Shown here: piece after piece, positions 1 to 10,571 of the stretch
Layout of the letters: every line of letters starts with the position of its first letter
How positions within the stretch are numbered: the stretch's first letter is position 1
Assembly: GCA_021777565.1 (NCBI GenBank)
Contig: JAJYDJ010000003.1
Span: forward strand, 1,001-65,000
Source: a bacterium
GTDB lineage: Bacteria; Patescibacteriota; Microgenomatia; Levybacterales; UBA12049
Length of the DNA stretch: 64,000 nucleotides
Direction: 5' to 3'
The notes under the pieces: generated by a model
Databases searched by the model: none
What the model was told of the DNA's origin: nothing
The model's input: only the letters and a program-made list of their open reading frames with translations
Made by a program: the position numbers and the translations under genes

Positions 1-1094
1 TGAGAGAGCATGATGGCGACAAGTGTAGCGGTGGTGAAGACATCAATACTTAAAAATCTCCAAGGGAACTGGAAGTTTTGCAGAAGCATTACTTTTTGCC
101 AGAGTGGCGCGGAGTATGGCAACATCAGAAAGATTGATGCAAGACTTGCCAGTATGAGCATCACGACAAGCCATCCTATCTCTGAATGAATTTTACGGTT
201 CCAGACTTTCATCCCACCCCAGATCATCCCAGCCACAAGACCAATCCAGTTAGCTATGCCAAGCTGTAGAGTAAATTCCCCAGTTTGGCCATAATTCCAT
301 GGCCCATACACCAGCTGCTGGAACTTCACAAAACGAGAGAGGTACAGTCCGGCAGTCACAACATTACGCAGTGTATATTTCCCTTCCAGAACAGCAGGTA
401 TCCAGAAAAATGAGGCAAGCCCAAATCCTAAGGCAAATAGTCCACCAATATGCCAAATGAGAGATTTTTTCCAATTACAGGCAAGCAGTATCACTGCGTA
501 AAGAATTGCAACAGGAAGGAACATAACAGCAATAGCATTATGAGCAAGGATGACTCCCGCCCAAAAGGCACCGCCCCAGAGCACATAGCGAATTTTCTCA
601 GTAGTCACTACCTTTCGAATTGCCCAAAGAACCAATGGCACAAAAAGAAAGGCAAGATTTTCACCAATATCTCCCCTGACATAGGCATCCACCATACGAT
701 ACGGTGCAAACATATATAAAAATGCACCTAACGTACTACTGACTGGATCCAGGAACGAACGCAGCCAGAGATACATAGCAAAGCTTGATGCAATAATGCC
801 AAGCGCCAAGACAAGCTTATATGAATTAACCAAGGAAAATCCTATAAAATGAAATGCCGATGCGATATATGACGGGAGTGGATATAAGAACTCCATCACG
901 GGATGTCCATATCCCCAATTCAGATTACCACCCCATCTAGGAATGAGAATTCCTTGCTGGAGTGATTCATAAAAATTAGCAATACGCACAATATGATCCC
1001 GTCCATCATGGGTAAAAGGAAATCCTGGGTGTAGTAAATCAAGGACGAGAATAACACTAATCCCAAGGAGTAATATTAGTCGCCATCGTTTCAT
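1..1094 (-). CDS. Partial (C-terminus beyond window) polytopic membrane protein, GT-C-like glycosyltransferase candidate with HDGRDH..R..F...PRW motif
   Basis: Minus-strand ATG at 1092-1094 with an open frame running to base 1. The translation MKRWRLILLLGISVILVLDLLHPGFPFTHDGRDHIVRIANFYESLQQGILIPRW... is multi-TM. Its N-terminal motif is shared with ORFs 21298..23064 and 23007..24542. Confidence 0.5.
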   Translation of the reverse strand, partial: MKRWRLILLLGISVILVLDLLHPGFPFTHDGRDHIVRIANFYESLQQGILIPRWGGNLNWGYGHPVMEFLYPLPSYIASAFHFIGFSLVNSYKLVLALGIIASSFAMYLWLRSFLDPVSSTLGAFLYMFAPYRMVDAYVRGDIGENLAFLFVPLVLWAIRKVVTTEKIRYVLWGGAFWAGVILAHNAIAVMFLPVAILYAVILLACNWKKSLIWHIGGLFALGFGLASFFWIPAVLEGKYTLRNVVTAGLYLSRFVKFQQLVYGPWNYGQTGEFTLQLGIANWIGLVAGMIWGGMKVWNRKIHSEIGWLVVMLILASLASIFLMLPYSAPLWQKVMLLQNFQFPWRFLSIDVFTTATLVAIMLS

Positions 1095-1095
1095 A

Positions 1096-2574
1096 TTATG
1101 GAATAATCCTCCTTTGTAGAATAACATGTGTTGGGAATATTTTTTCACTCACTACGACGCCATCTTTTGCATGACTACTTATCCAGTCATTTCTAAGCGT
1201 TGGGTGATCCGTATCAGGCTCAATTATCACAAACATGAGCTTTTCTTGCGGTCCTCCAGCACTATATCCATACTGACTCTTCCCATACCACTGAAATAGG
1301 TATTGATATGGATAATCCATAATCGGTGGCGTGTACACGATGTACTTAAATGGCTTACCCGCAGCTTCTTTGTAGACTTCATCAACGATTGCTAGTTCAT
1401 TTCTATACACCGAGATATCTCCCTGAAAAAGAGGTTTGGTCAGCCGGTCAGCAATCTTTTGTGGTTGGACATTAATTAAACAGACAGCAACTAAAAGTCC
1501 ACATGCTATCCACTTATTGCCATACTCATAGAGACCATAGATCCCGGCCGCTACAATAAATACCCACAAGAGAGGATATGCGACTACATAGTGTGACCAG
1601 AGATCATGTTGGAAAAGAACCAACAATAGCCAGGCAACAACCGTCAAAATTCCAGAAAATGCAACAAAAAATTGTACAAGACTGTTGTATTTCTTCCAGT
1701 ACATCCCAATCAAAAGAACTGTTATTCCAAAGATGATAGCGCCTACCCATGGTATGTCCCCGCCAACCGAGTTACTCCATTCTTGTAAGAGAAAATAGGC
1801 ACGTGTCCACAGTGTTGAGAGGGCAAATGAATGATGCGCGCTCTGACCAAAGGTACTCAGAATTGTCCTGGTCATTAAAAAATTATGGCGAAGTTCAAAA
1901 AGTATTCTTGGGGACAGGATCATAAAAAATCCTGCAATCAGGCTTGCTATCCATGGCAGTTTTATCCACTGGCGCATATATACAAGGACAAAAACGAAGA
2001 ATCCACAGACAAAAAGTGTCCCAAAGACAATTTCTGCCTCAAAAAGCAGCCCAATGAGAATTCCTAAAGCAAGAAATAATGCGAGTGAAACCTTTTTTGT
2101 TGGCTTTTGATGGAGATTGTACAGGGCAAGCAACATACATGAAAGCCAAAGAGGAGCTAGATTTGGATTCCATATTTGACTTGAGAGAGAAACTAATTGC
2201 CCAGAAACTCCTCCAATAGCAAGCAATGCAATGCTGAGGAAATTACCACCAATTTTTCTCCCAAGAATCGCCAAGATAATAATTGCGAGAAAACCTGACA
2301 ATGCCATAAACCCATCAATATATTGTGGATTCCCTTGCCCAATCAGGTAGGCTGGTAATAGTATCCAGTACCACCATGGCCCATAAAACACGCCTGGTAA
2401 GCCTGTGGTAAATCCGATAAGCGACAGATGGCCATGAGCAAGGTTTTGCAGTGCCAACATATCACGCCCGACATCGTACGTAAATGCAAATGACTTCGTA
2501 AATACTCCATCGAAACGCAGCCATATCGCTAGAGCACACAAACAAATTACAATGGCTTGATAGATTTTGGACAT
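1096..2574 (-). CDS. Polytopic membrane protein, probable GT-C-type glycosyltransferase
   Basis: 492 aa with about 12 hydrophobic segments. It lies in an operon with ArnT/PMT-like genes and overlaps the upstream gene by 28 nt. Confidence 0.45.
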   Translation of the reverse strand: MSKIYQAIVICLCALAIWLRFDGVFTKSFAFTYDVGRDMLALQNLAHGHLSLIGFTTGLPGVFYGPWWYWILLPAYLIGQGNPQYIDGFMALSGFLAIIILAILGRKIGGNFLSIALLAIGGVSGQLVSLSSQIWNPNLAPLWLSCMLLALYNLHQKPTKKVSLALFLALGILIGLLFEAEIVFGTLFVCGFFVFVLVYMRQWIKLPWIASLIAGFFMILSPRILFELRHNFLMTRTILSTFGQSAHHSFALSTLWTRAYFLLQEWSNSVGGDIPWVGAIIFGITVLLIGMYWKKYNSLVQFFVAFSGILTVVAWLLLVLFQHDLWSHYVVAYPLLWVFIVAAGIYGLYEYGNKWIACGLLVAVCLINVQPQKIADRLTKPLFQGDISVYRNELAIVDEVYKEAAGKPFKYIVYTPPIMDYPYQYLFQWYGKSQYGYSAGGPQEKLMFVIIEPDTDHPTLRNDWISSHAKDGVVVSEKIFPTHVILQRRIIP

Positions 2575-4220
2575 AATAATGTATTCTTTCCAAGGATTTC
2601 GATCCCTGGGGTTCCATCAGGATAATAAACAATATGCTGCGCTGGTAATGGTTGGGTGAACTGATCATAGTGCCCAACGACCATGATACGTGGCTTACAA
2701 TTGTACATATTTGGATCAACAAAACGGAATTCATATTTTCCAAACGCATGATCGTCCCCTTGTTCCATCCCTTGCGCAACAGACTGTTGATAGAGCTGTG
2801 GTGGATATTGCAAATAGAACAAGAAGAAAATGTATGACTGGTCCATTAAATTTTTATTTGAGACAAGAATACTATCATAATTCTGTGCCTGAGAGGCAAC
2901 ATATTTCACGGCGTCCTGATAGCCATATCGCCAGTCTCTCGCCGCATAATAATTCTGCTGGACGAAATATTGATCAAAGTAATATGCAATATTGAGAGAG
3001 ATAAAACCTATACAAACAACCATAAAGGCAACTTGTATAAGTTTTTCCCATTGCTTCACGTAAGACGACACTGTCAGTATCCCAAACCCGGTAAAAATTT
3101 GGAACATCGGCAAGATATTGAGGACACGCACTTCGTGAGGCACCCCCGTAGTCACCGCAGCAGGAACTGGTGCCAGAAGGAACCAGCCAAAGATAAGGTA
3201 TTTATATTTCCTGTCCAACTTTGAGAAAAGGAGTTGATAGATACCAATCAGCAAGAATGGTAATTCCCAAAGATACAGAAGGCCCATATTTGGAGCACGA
3301 TGTCTTGTATTCACCCCTGTGACAAAGAGCCAATTGGGATCAAAATGTACCAAATAATTCCCAATAATGGTCTTTACCATCAACACACGACGGTTATCAA
3401 GGATTGCGCCCACCTTATCTCCGACCTCTTTATCAGCGAGCACTTTATCACTACTTTGCACTGTGAAGCCATTGGCCTGAGAGAAGACGCTAACCCCTGC
3501 TGCTCTGGCAAATGCATTTTTATCAGTAATCATGAACTGCACCATCGGAGCAAGTAACACAACAGCCAGTGCTATGGTCACGATAATTGTTTTCTTTGGA
3601 AGTTTCCAAATATCTTTCCACCAAATGCTCATCACAAGAAGTGCTATCAGTGGCGTGAAGACTTTTTCACTTTGATAGGTATAAATTGACAGAGCAAAAC
3701 AAATAGCAGAAAGGAAAAGTAACCAATGCTTTTTAAGACCATAAACAAAAAATGTTACCAATGCGACATTAAAGAAGAGTCCTACGTTTGATTCAAATCC
3801 TATTCGAGAAAATTGGATATGCCATGGAGAAATTGCAAGAAGAAGCATGGCAAGAAGCCCCATCTTTTCAGAGTTACAAACTTTTTTAGCGAGGAAATAG
3901 GTCAGTGCAACGGTGGCTATGCCGGCAAGAGCTGATGGTAGGCGCACTGCCTCCACGGTGAGTCCCATGAACGAGATAAAAGGAATAATCAAATAGGCAT
4001 ACAGCGCTGGCTTATAATCTCCAAATGATTGAAGAATGACGGGTAGCCATTTACCATATTCATCTCTTCCTGTATGTAAAATGGAGAATGCGTTATATCC
4101 CAGTGATGCTTCGTCCCAATCAAGTCCTACTGGCACTTTTCCAAATTGCCACAAACGAATCACTGCCGCAACAATCAGAATAAGCCAAAATAAAATAACA
4201 GTAATCTTTACGTTCTTCAT
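2547..4220 (-). CDS. ArnT/PMT-like (GT39/GT83, PMT_2-type) GT-C glycosyltransferase
   Basis: 557 aa multi-TM protein. The first loop carries LDWDEASLGYNAFSILHTGRDEYGKWLP, the DE motif and loop architecture typical of polyprenyl-phosphate-sugar dependent GT-C transferases. ATGA overlap with the next gene. Confidence 0.65.
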   Translation of the reverse strand: MKNVKITVILFWLILIVAAVIRLWQFGKVPVGLDWDEASLGYNAFSILHTGRDEYGKWLPVILQSFGDYKPALYAYLIIPFISFMGLTVEAVRLPSALAGIATVALTYFLAKKVCNSEKMGLLAMLLLAISPWHIQFSRIGFESNVGLFFNVALVTFFVYGLKKHWLLFLSAICFALSIYTYQSEKVFTPLIALLVMSIWWKDIWKLPKKTIIVTIALAVVLLAPMVQFMITDKNAFARAAGVSVFSQANGFTVQSSDKVLADKEVGDKVGAILDNRRVLMVKTIIGNYLVHFDPNWLFVTGVNTRHRAPNMGLLYLWELPFLLIGIYQLLFSKLDRKYKYLIFGWFLLAPVPAAVTTGVPHEVRVLNILPMFQIFTGFGILTVSSYVKQWEKLIQVAFMVVCIGFISLNIAYYFDQYFVQQNYYAARDWRYGYQDAVKYVASQAQNYDSILVSNKNLMDQSYIFFLFYLQYPPQLYQQSVAQGMEQGDDHAFGKYEFRFVDPNMYNCKPRIMVVGHYDQFTQPLPAQHIVYYPDGTPGIEILGKNTLLCPKSIKPL

Positions 4221-5842
4221 AGAGTATATGCAACCAGAATTGGTTGTTTATCCACTAAATAAAATGTCTTGAGTATATGGGCATTTTTAGGAACTGCGGT
4301 CACACTCTCAATATAGAGCACTTTCCCGGGATTGACACCTGATGGGATGGCACTTGGGGTAAAGACATATTTCCCCACACGATTGACATGGACGAAGCTA
4401 AATGCATCTCGGGTCACGTCACTGGTAGCTCTAAACTGTTGTGGACTCATATGCAAGTAAAACAAGTAATAGATATATGGTCGCCCTAAATAATCAGTCA
4501 CCATAATTGCATCATAATTTTTTTCAACTGACTGTACATACGCAATTGAATCTTTATATCCATATTGCCAGGTATCAGAGGTCAATCGTGGATATTGCAC
4601 AAAAAGCTTATATCCAAAATAGAAGACGTTAGTAACAAAAAGCACTGAGAGTACTCCTACCCAAAGGGTACGATATTTTCGCTGCGCGATCCATTCTGAT
4701 GCGACGACGACACCGTATGCGACGAGGATCTGGACAGTAGGTAACATTGATTCTGTACGAAGGGCATGAGGTGTTTCACGCGCCGTTGCGGCAGGGATGA
4801 TACCAATCAGTAACCAGAGTGGAACAAGCCACCAATGTCCTTCTTTTTTCCTAAACAAGAAAAGTGCGCCAATCACGAGAAAGGGTATATCCCACAGATA
4901 TAACTGCCCCACATCCTGAATTGAGAATTTCGGATTGCCATCACCGTTAATAAAAAGATACAGAGGAGAAAAATGATCAAAATAATGTTGCATATACAAC
5001 ACACTAAAGACAAGTCTCCTATTGTGAATAACTTTCGTTAAAAGTGAATTATGATCATGCGCCATTTCCTGATTTACTGTCTTAATAACGTTGATATCGC
5101 TAAATATATTTACTTCTTTAAAGCGTAATCCCGCTTGTGGGGAAAGAAGGAATGGAATCGTTGGGGCAAGAAGCAGTCCTGCGAAAAGCAGTGAGGTAAC
5201 AAATATTTTTTTTGTTTTGATATTTTTCCAAAAAAGAAGGGTAAGCATCCCCATTAACAATGGCGTGACAACTCGAGGACTATTAAAAGTATACATCGAG
5301 GCAATAAAACTCGCGCTCGAGAGGAAAAACAACCATTTTCGCCCATGTACTCCTTCAAGGAAGAGCCAGACGCCAGTCATGACAAAAAATGTGGCAACAT
5401 TTGCCTCAAAAGCAGCTCGACTGAGCATAATATGCCATGGAGATACTGCGAGAATCCCCATAGCTGCCAGCCCTAACCAATCTTTTTTCTTGTTGGTGTA
5501 AAAAATAGCACGAGTTAGGAAAAAGGTCACTAAGACACTCAGTGAACCAAAGAGTGCTGACGGGAATCGTGTAGCAAATTCTGTCAGACCAAACAGTTTC
5601 ACTGGAAGCACATCCAAATAGGCATACACCGGTGGTTTAAAGTCACCAAATGACTCCAGATAGTCATGCGGGAGAAATCTCCCAAATTCATCTCTTCCAT
5701 CAATACCTAGAGAATACGCACTGTATCCCCATGCGACCTCATCCCAGGTAAGAGATGGAGGATTTATGCCAATATTCACAAAACGAAATAGGAAACCAAC
5801 AACTGCAATGAGGACAAAAAGCATCACTATGTGCGTTTTCAT
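4217..5842 (-). CDS. ArnT/PMT-like GT-C glycosyltransferase (paralog of 2547..4220)
   Basis: 541 aa multi-TM protein with LTWDEVAWGYSAYSLGIDGRDEFGRFLP. It is colinear with its neighbour. Confidence 0.65.
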   Translation of the reverse strand: MKTHIVMLFVLIAVVGFLFRFVNIGINPPSLTWDEVAWGYSAYSLGIDGRDEFGRFLPHDYLESFGDFKPPVYAYLDVLPVKLFGLTEFATRFPSALFGSLSVLVTFFLTRAIFYTNKKKDWLGLAAMGILAVSPWHIMLSRAAFEANVATFFVMTGVWLFLEGVHGRKWLFFLSSASFIASMYTFNSPRVVTPLLMGMLTLLFWKNIKTKKIFVTSLLFAGLLLAPTIPFLLSPQAGLRFKEVNIFSDINVIKTVNQEMAHDHNSLLTKVIHNRRLVFSVLYMQHYFDHFSPLYLFINGDGNPKFSIQDVGQLYLWDIPFLVIGALFLFRKKEGHWWLVPLWLLIGIIPAATARETPHALRTESMLPTVQILVAYGVVVASEWIAQRKYRTLWVGVLSVLFVTNVFYFGYKLFVQYPRLTSDTWQYGYKDSIAYVQSVEKNYDAIMVTDYLGRPYIYYLFYLHMSPQQFRATSDVTRDAFSFVHVNRVGKYVFTPSAIPSGVNPGKVLYIESVTAVPKNAHILKTFYLVDKQPILVAYTL

Positions 5843-5940
5843 AGGTATTTCTATCGTACAAAATAATCATGGCGAACACAATCAAGAATTGAGAGCTATT
5901 TCTCTTGAAACTTAGCAGAAGTGATTTTATCCTAAAGGGG

Positions 5941-7974
5941 ATGTCGAAAAAGTTATTTTGGAGTTTTCTCCTGTTAGGTATTGGCCTACGTCTTTTGTTC
6001 ACTCTTGTCATGAACCACGATTATGATACCTTTCGCATTCTTGCTTTGGCAAAATCTGTTGCCGACACAGGTTCTATTGGATACGGATTTTTCAAAATTG
6101 GCAGTGTACAGCTTTATGGTCTCCTTTTTTACCAAGTGATCGGAGCTTGGATGGTGGTACTTAGTCATCTCCATCTCATTGATCTGCGCTATATTTTTGA
6201 TAGTGCCGGATATAGCCAAAATAATCCAGCATATCTGCATCTTTTCCCTCTCCTTGCACCAGAGTTGTATCAGATGACCCTTATTAAACTTTTTCAATTC
6301 GTGTGGGACATCCCTTTCCTCTTGGGAATTTTGGCACTCGCGAAAGCCGTGCAAATACCACGAAGGCACTGGCTTGTGTTGTTTTGGGCTGTAAATCCAA
6401 TCTATATTCACACTGGATACATTCTTATGCAGTCAGACATCATGATGATGGCTTTTTTCGTCTGGGGAGTATACGCAACAATAAAAGCCATCCAATCACA
6501 AAGAGGACTTTCTAACTATACGTGGGGCATGGTGGCAATGATGTTTCTTGCCGGTGGAGCAGTAACCAAACAATTCCCTCTCCTTTTGGTCCCTTTTGCA
6601 CTTCTTCTTGTGACTGAGTCCTTGTGGGGGTTTTTACTCAACATTGCGGCATTTGCAGGAAGCTATATGGTTTTTTACCAGCCATGGACTCTGGATGCTG
6701 GGCTTATTAAAGAACATTTCATGCTCTCAGAAGAATCCATGGCGCTTTTTAACTTTAACCTCAATGGATTTAATATCTTCTTTACGCTCTATATTATCCT
6801 GTTCCTCTTTTTTCTTATTAAGAGAACACATATAAAAAAACATACCTCATATGTTATTCATTTTGTACTCCTTTTAATTACCGTCGTGTTTGTGTCGGAA
6901 GCCTCAGGAAATCTTTTTGTGCAGTTTATGATATGGGCAATGCCATTCTTAGAACTACTCGCTCTTTCTGAGAGTGCTTACACACTCTTTCTTGCACTAC
7001 CGTTTATCGGATTCTTAAGAAGAGGATTTGTCGATAATAGTGTTTTTACGGGATCATTCTCGTTCTCGATGGGAGCACCTTTTGAACACCTGATGTCATA
7101 TAAACTGCTTTTACAAAAATTTGGCAATGTAGAAATTCTTATCATGCTTCTTATTACCGTCTTTGTTGCAGGTTTTTCATGGCTCTCTTATAACATACTT
7201 CTTGATTTTAATGGAAAGAAAAAAGATGCCCTCCAAAAACTCTCAGTATATCTACGCTATTTCTCAGTCAAGACATATCTGTTGGCACTCTGTGGACTGA
7301 CAGTACTTATTGGTGGGACACTTGCATATTTGGAGCATCAGCACCTCCTGCTTACCGACTACAACTATTTTCAAGATGCTACCAATTTATCAGATAAGAA
7401 TTTATCGCTTCTTAGCCCAACCAAACCCTACCAAGTTATCATTCATAATCCACACAATTTTTCTATCACAGGAGTGTATGTCGTACTGCAAAGACATTCG
7501 GTGGTACAGCCAGAACACCTGATGGTGAAAGCCTATGATGTCCACACAGGGAAATTACTCGCATCAGGGGCTCTTGATGATTTTATCCTTACCGAAAAAC
7601 CAGATTTTACCTATATCATTTTCAATCATGGCACCAATGCTTCTGACATTCGCTTGGCATTTCAGAATTCTGGACCGAGAGATGATGTCTTGATCGGCGT
7701 GAGTGATCAAGAGAATGCCAATCCTGATAGCGCTATGCCGCGCAACGACTCATTCTATGGGAAGCAGCAGATAACGATTGAGACAACTACACCTCTTCAG
7801 TACCCAATGATGCAAGTTGTCGGAGAGTATCGACTGTCTGAGATGCTTACCAACTTTATGTGGCAGCTCAATAAAAAACCATCTTTTGAAAAGGGATATC
7901 TGGGACTTATCGGGATCGTATTAACTGGAAGCATAGCCTTATATCTGCTAGGAAAAAAATCTGACACGAAATAA
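5941..7974 (+). CDS. Polytopic membrane protein with a C-terminal ~280 aa soluble domain, glycosyltransferase-like (GT-C/DUF2029-like) candidate
   Basis: The ORF track starts at 5905. The first ATG, at 5941 (MSKKLFWSF...), follows an AAGGGG RBS-like sequence. About 400 aa of TM segments are followed by a hydrophilic C-terminal domain. It is the only plus-strand gene in the island. Confidence 0.4.
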   Translation: MSKKLFWSFLLLGIGLRLLFTLVMNHDYDTFRILALAKSVADTGSIGYGFFKIGSVQLYGLLFYQVIGAWMVVLSHLHLIDLRYIFDSAGYSQNNPAYLHLFPLLAPELYQMTLIKLFQFVWDIPFLLGILALAKAVQIPRRHWLVLFWAVNPIYIHTGYILMQSDIMMMAFFVWGVYATIKAIQSQRGLSNYTWGMVAMMFLAGGAVTKQFPLLLVPFALLLVTESLWGFLLNIAAFAGSYMVFYQPWTLDAGLIKEHFMLSEESMALFNFNLNGFNIFFTLYIILFLFFLIKRTHIKKHTSYVIHFVLLLITVVFVSEASGNLFVQFMIWAMPFLELLALSESAYTLFLALPFIGFLRRGFVDNSVFTGSFSFSMGAPFEHLMSYKLLLQKFGNVEILIMLLITVFVAGFSWLSYNILLDFNGKKKDALQKLSVYLRYFSVKTYLLALCGLTVLIGGTLAYLEHQHLLLTDYNYFQDATNLSDKNLSLLSPTKPYQVIIHNPHNFSITGVYVVLQRHSVVQPEHLMVKAYDVHTGKLLASGALDDFILTEKPDFTYIIFNHGTNASDIRLAFQNSGPRDDVLIGVSDQENANPDSAMPRNDSFYGKQQITIETTTPLQYPMMQVVGEYRLSEMLTNFMWQLNKKPSFEKGYLGLIGIVLTGSIALYLLGKKSDTK

Positions 7975-8664
7975 TGTCCATAATGCTTTCGGGCCTTCTA
8001 CGATCGCATTCAACTTTTTCCCATCCTTATATCCGCGTGGAGTAAAAGATATCGGCACTGATATAAATGTGCAACCTATTTTCAGAAGATGTGCGGTAAG
8101 CTCGGTATCAAAATCAAATTTTTCGGCAGTAAATGTAATATCCTTAATTTTTTCTCGTGGGAACATTTTATAACAGGTCGCCCCATCAACGAGATGTCTT
8201 CCATACAGAAGCCAGGTAATACCAGTTAAACCCATATTGCCAATGTTATGTGTCATGAAGAGTAATCGTTCTCCAAATGACCCATTTGTAACCCTTTTTC
8301 TCCTATCTCCATAAATCACTGTCCCTGGAGACGCGAGCATTTTATCTACCATACTCACAAGATCTCGCGGCGCATATTCTTTATCTGCATCCTGCACTAC
8401 GATATATTCTCCTCTCGCTTTTTGTAGTCCTTCCCGTATTGCAAATCCTTTCCCATGATTATCCTGCAATGATATATAGTCTATGTTTTTTTGTTTTTTT
8501 GCAAAGGACTGTATTTTCTCATTCGATCCATCAGTAGATCCGTCATTCACGACGATTATCTGTTTGTTTACCTTTTCTGGGAGTGCTAGGTGTGTAACAT
8601 CCCGAAGAACATCAAGAACTGTTTTGGATTCGTTATACACGGGAATGATAATCGTAAGCGTCAT
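7948..8664 (-). CDS. GT2 glycosyltransferase, DPM1/GtrB-like polyprenyl-phosphate sugar synthase
   Basis: LTIIIPVYNESKTVLDVL...IIVVNDGSTDGS...VQDADKEY. This is the GT-A DXD architecture of dolichol-phosphate mannosyltransferase-like enzymes. Confidence 0.7.
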   Translation of the reverse strand: MTLTIIIPVYNESKTVLDVLRDVTHLALPEKVNKQIIVVNDGSTDGSNEKIQSFAKKQKNIDYISLQDNHGKGFAIREGLQKARGEYIVVQDADKEYAPRDLVSMVDKMLASPGTVIYGDRRKRVTNGSFGERLLFMTHNIGNMGLTGITWLLYGRHLVDGATCYKMFPREKIKDITFTAEKFDFDTELTAHLLKIGCTFISVPISFTPRGYKDGKKLNAIVEGPKALWTLFRVRFFS

Positions 8665-10571
8665 GGTGTAAGGATGAGGAGTTCATATCCCGATTGATGA
8701 CTTATTGTCATATATGACAACCCTTGCAAGCAATTCTTCATCTGATCTGATATCAGTATATACCTGATATGGTTTATCCCCAGAAGGGTAAGGAGTGACC
8801 GTTGTGTCATGTCTTTCTGGTGACAGGATAGAAGATTATTGGCAATGTCTGATACCTGTGTTTGCCTGAGTGCAAGGACACTAGTTGTATTGGCAAATTC
8901 CATTACTTCTTTTTCAAAATATATTTTATGGCCACTCAGCGCAGTCAATATGGGGACTACTTCCCCTTCAGGTTTTACAAGCACCAATGTCGTTTCATAT
9001 TGTGGAACTTTTTGAAGAAGAGAAACAATAGTGAGTGTGTCTTGATGAATTATCAAGGAAGGAGTTATATACCCTCTGAGCGATTGAGTTAGTTCCGGAA
9101 TTGAGAAGAGAACCAGTAAGACACCTATCCCAACAAGGACGGTCTTGGTCTTCACAAAAAGACTATCCAATGTTTGCATTGTGGTAAGGATCAATAAAAT
9201 ATTTACAATCCAGAAAAATTGAATAATCACCAGAGGCGCGACAGACTGAATAAATAATGTTGGCATGAGAATTCCCGCAAGAATGAGAATAAAAAAGAAG
9301 GCCAGTTTGCTATCTTTCCAACTTTTCTTTTGCAACATACTTATTCCAGAAATAAGTCGTATACCAAAGGCAGATGAAAGGAATAATATTCCTGCAACAA
9401 AATAAAAATATCCCAAGTGAATAAAATTATGTTTTGATTCAAACAATGCAAGGTTTACATTCCAGTGAAGATGTTGAAAAATGGCCGCGTTCTCAATATA
9501 AAAACGATAGATCAGAAAAGGGGCGAAAACTAATTTCCCCGCTCCATAATTGAGCGGCGCATAAATACATGCAGCAAGTAGTGCACTCACAACTAGAATT
9601 TGGCAACCCCATAGCTCTTTTTTTTTCAAAAAAAGATAAGAAGCATACCATGTAAGTCCAATAAAGTAGAGGAAACCGGTATAAATTTTTATTGTTGGGA
9701 TCAATGCGCCTAAAACAACTAGGACAAGAAAAAGTACTTTGGATCTTTTTTCAGTAAAAAGAAGTTGTATCGTTATTAATAGGATCCCAACCGAGAATGC
9801 AACAGATCCATCGACTAACTGCTCTGGGGATTGCATTATGCCACTTGAATTAAACGGCAAATGAAAAAGATGCAAAAAAATAAAATTTACATACCAATCA
9901 AGTCCCCTGAGTGTATAAAGCAAGAGGATTGTCACTATGCTCGCCTTACGCGAAAAGCCTAAGGACCGTGTCATCATCCACCCAGCCAGGCCAAAAAAGA
10001 GTGCAGTAAAAAATGCCGAGAATCTAAAAAAGACATCAAGTAATGGAAGACGAAAAATGCCTACAAAGGATGCTACAAATAAATCGTACAGGAAATTATA
10101 TCCTTTGAGTGCAACGCCAGAAATCGCAAGGTGATATGGAGGGAATCCTGAGAGAAGACTTTGAATAAGGCTTACATGATAGATGCTGTCTGTCGAATTT
10201 ACACCATAAAAATAGAGTGAATTGTGATACAACATGCCAGAATTCCATGTGTAAAAGACCATCAGACATGATCCAAGCAGGATGAGTAAAAATTCTATAG
10301 TAAAAAAAGAGCGCACAGTAATAGTGTGTTGTTTAACGAGTTTCAGAATTCCTAAAAAGCTTAGTGGAACAAGAAGTAGTATGCCTGAAAAGAAATGAAT
10401 CCAAAATAAGATCACACATAGAGAAAGGTAAACACCGATACCAATTCCCAGAGAAAGAACAAATTCCTCACTACCACTCCCCTTTCGACCAGTGAGGGAG
10501 TAGAGATAGTACCCGGGGAGGAATATAAAAACAAAGACTATTAAAAAAAATAATATTGCTGATACAATCAT
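8661..10571 (-). CDS. Large polytopic membrane protein (GT-C/O-antigen-polymerase-like candidate)
   Basis: 636 aa with more than 12 predicted TM segments. Translationally coupled (4-nt overlaps) with the flanking GT2 genes. Confidence 0.4.
   Translation of the reverse strand: MIVSAILFFLIVFVFIFLPGYYLYSLTGRKGSGSEEFVLSLGIGIGVYLSLCVILFWIHFFSGILLLVPLSFLGILKLVKQHTITVRSFFTIEFLLILLGSCLMVFYTWNSGMLYHNSLYFYGVNSTDSIYHVSLIQSLLSGFPPYHLAISGVALKGYNFLYDLFVASFVGIFRLPLLDVFFRFSAFFTALFFGLAGWMMTRSLGFSRKASIVTILLLYTLRGLDWYVNFIFLHLFHLPFNSSGIMQSPEQLVDGSVAFSVGILLITIQLLFTEKRSKVLFLVLVVLGALIPTIKIYTGFLYFIGLTWYASYLFLKKKELWGCQILVVSALLAACIYAPLNYGAGKLVFAPFLIYRFYIENAAIFQHLHWNVNLALFESKHNFIHLGYFYFVAGILFLSSAFGIRLISGISMLQKKSWKDSKLAFFFILILAGILMPTLFIQSVAPLVIIQFFWIVNILLILTTMQTLDSLFVKTKTVLVGIGVLLVLFSIPELTQSLRGYITPSLIIHQDTLTIVSLLQKVPQYETTLVLVKPEGEVVPILTALSGHKIYFEKEVMEFANTTSVLALRQTQVSDIANNLLSCHQKDMTQRSLLTLLGINHIRYILISDQMKNCLQGLSYMTISHQSGYELLILTP

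Noticed and set aside
450-719. 89-aa plus-strand ORF at the window start
   Set aside because: It lies antisense inside the partial GT-C membrane protein gene whose motif is conserved with two paralogs.
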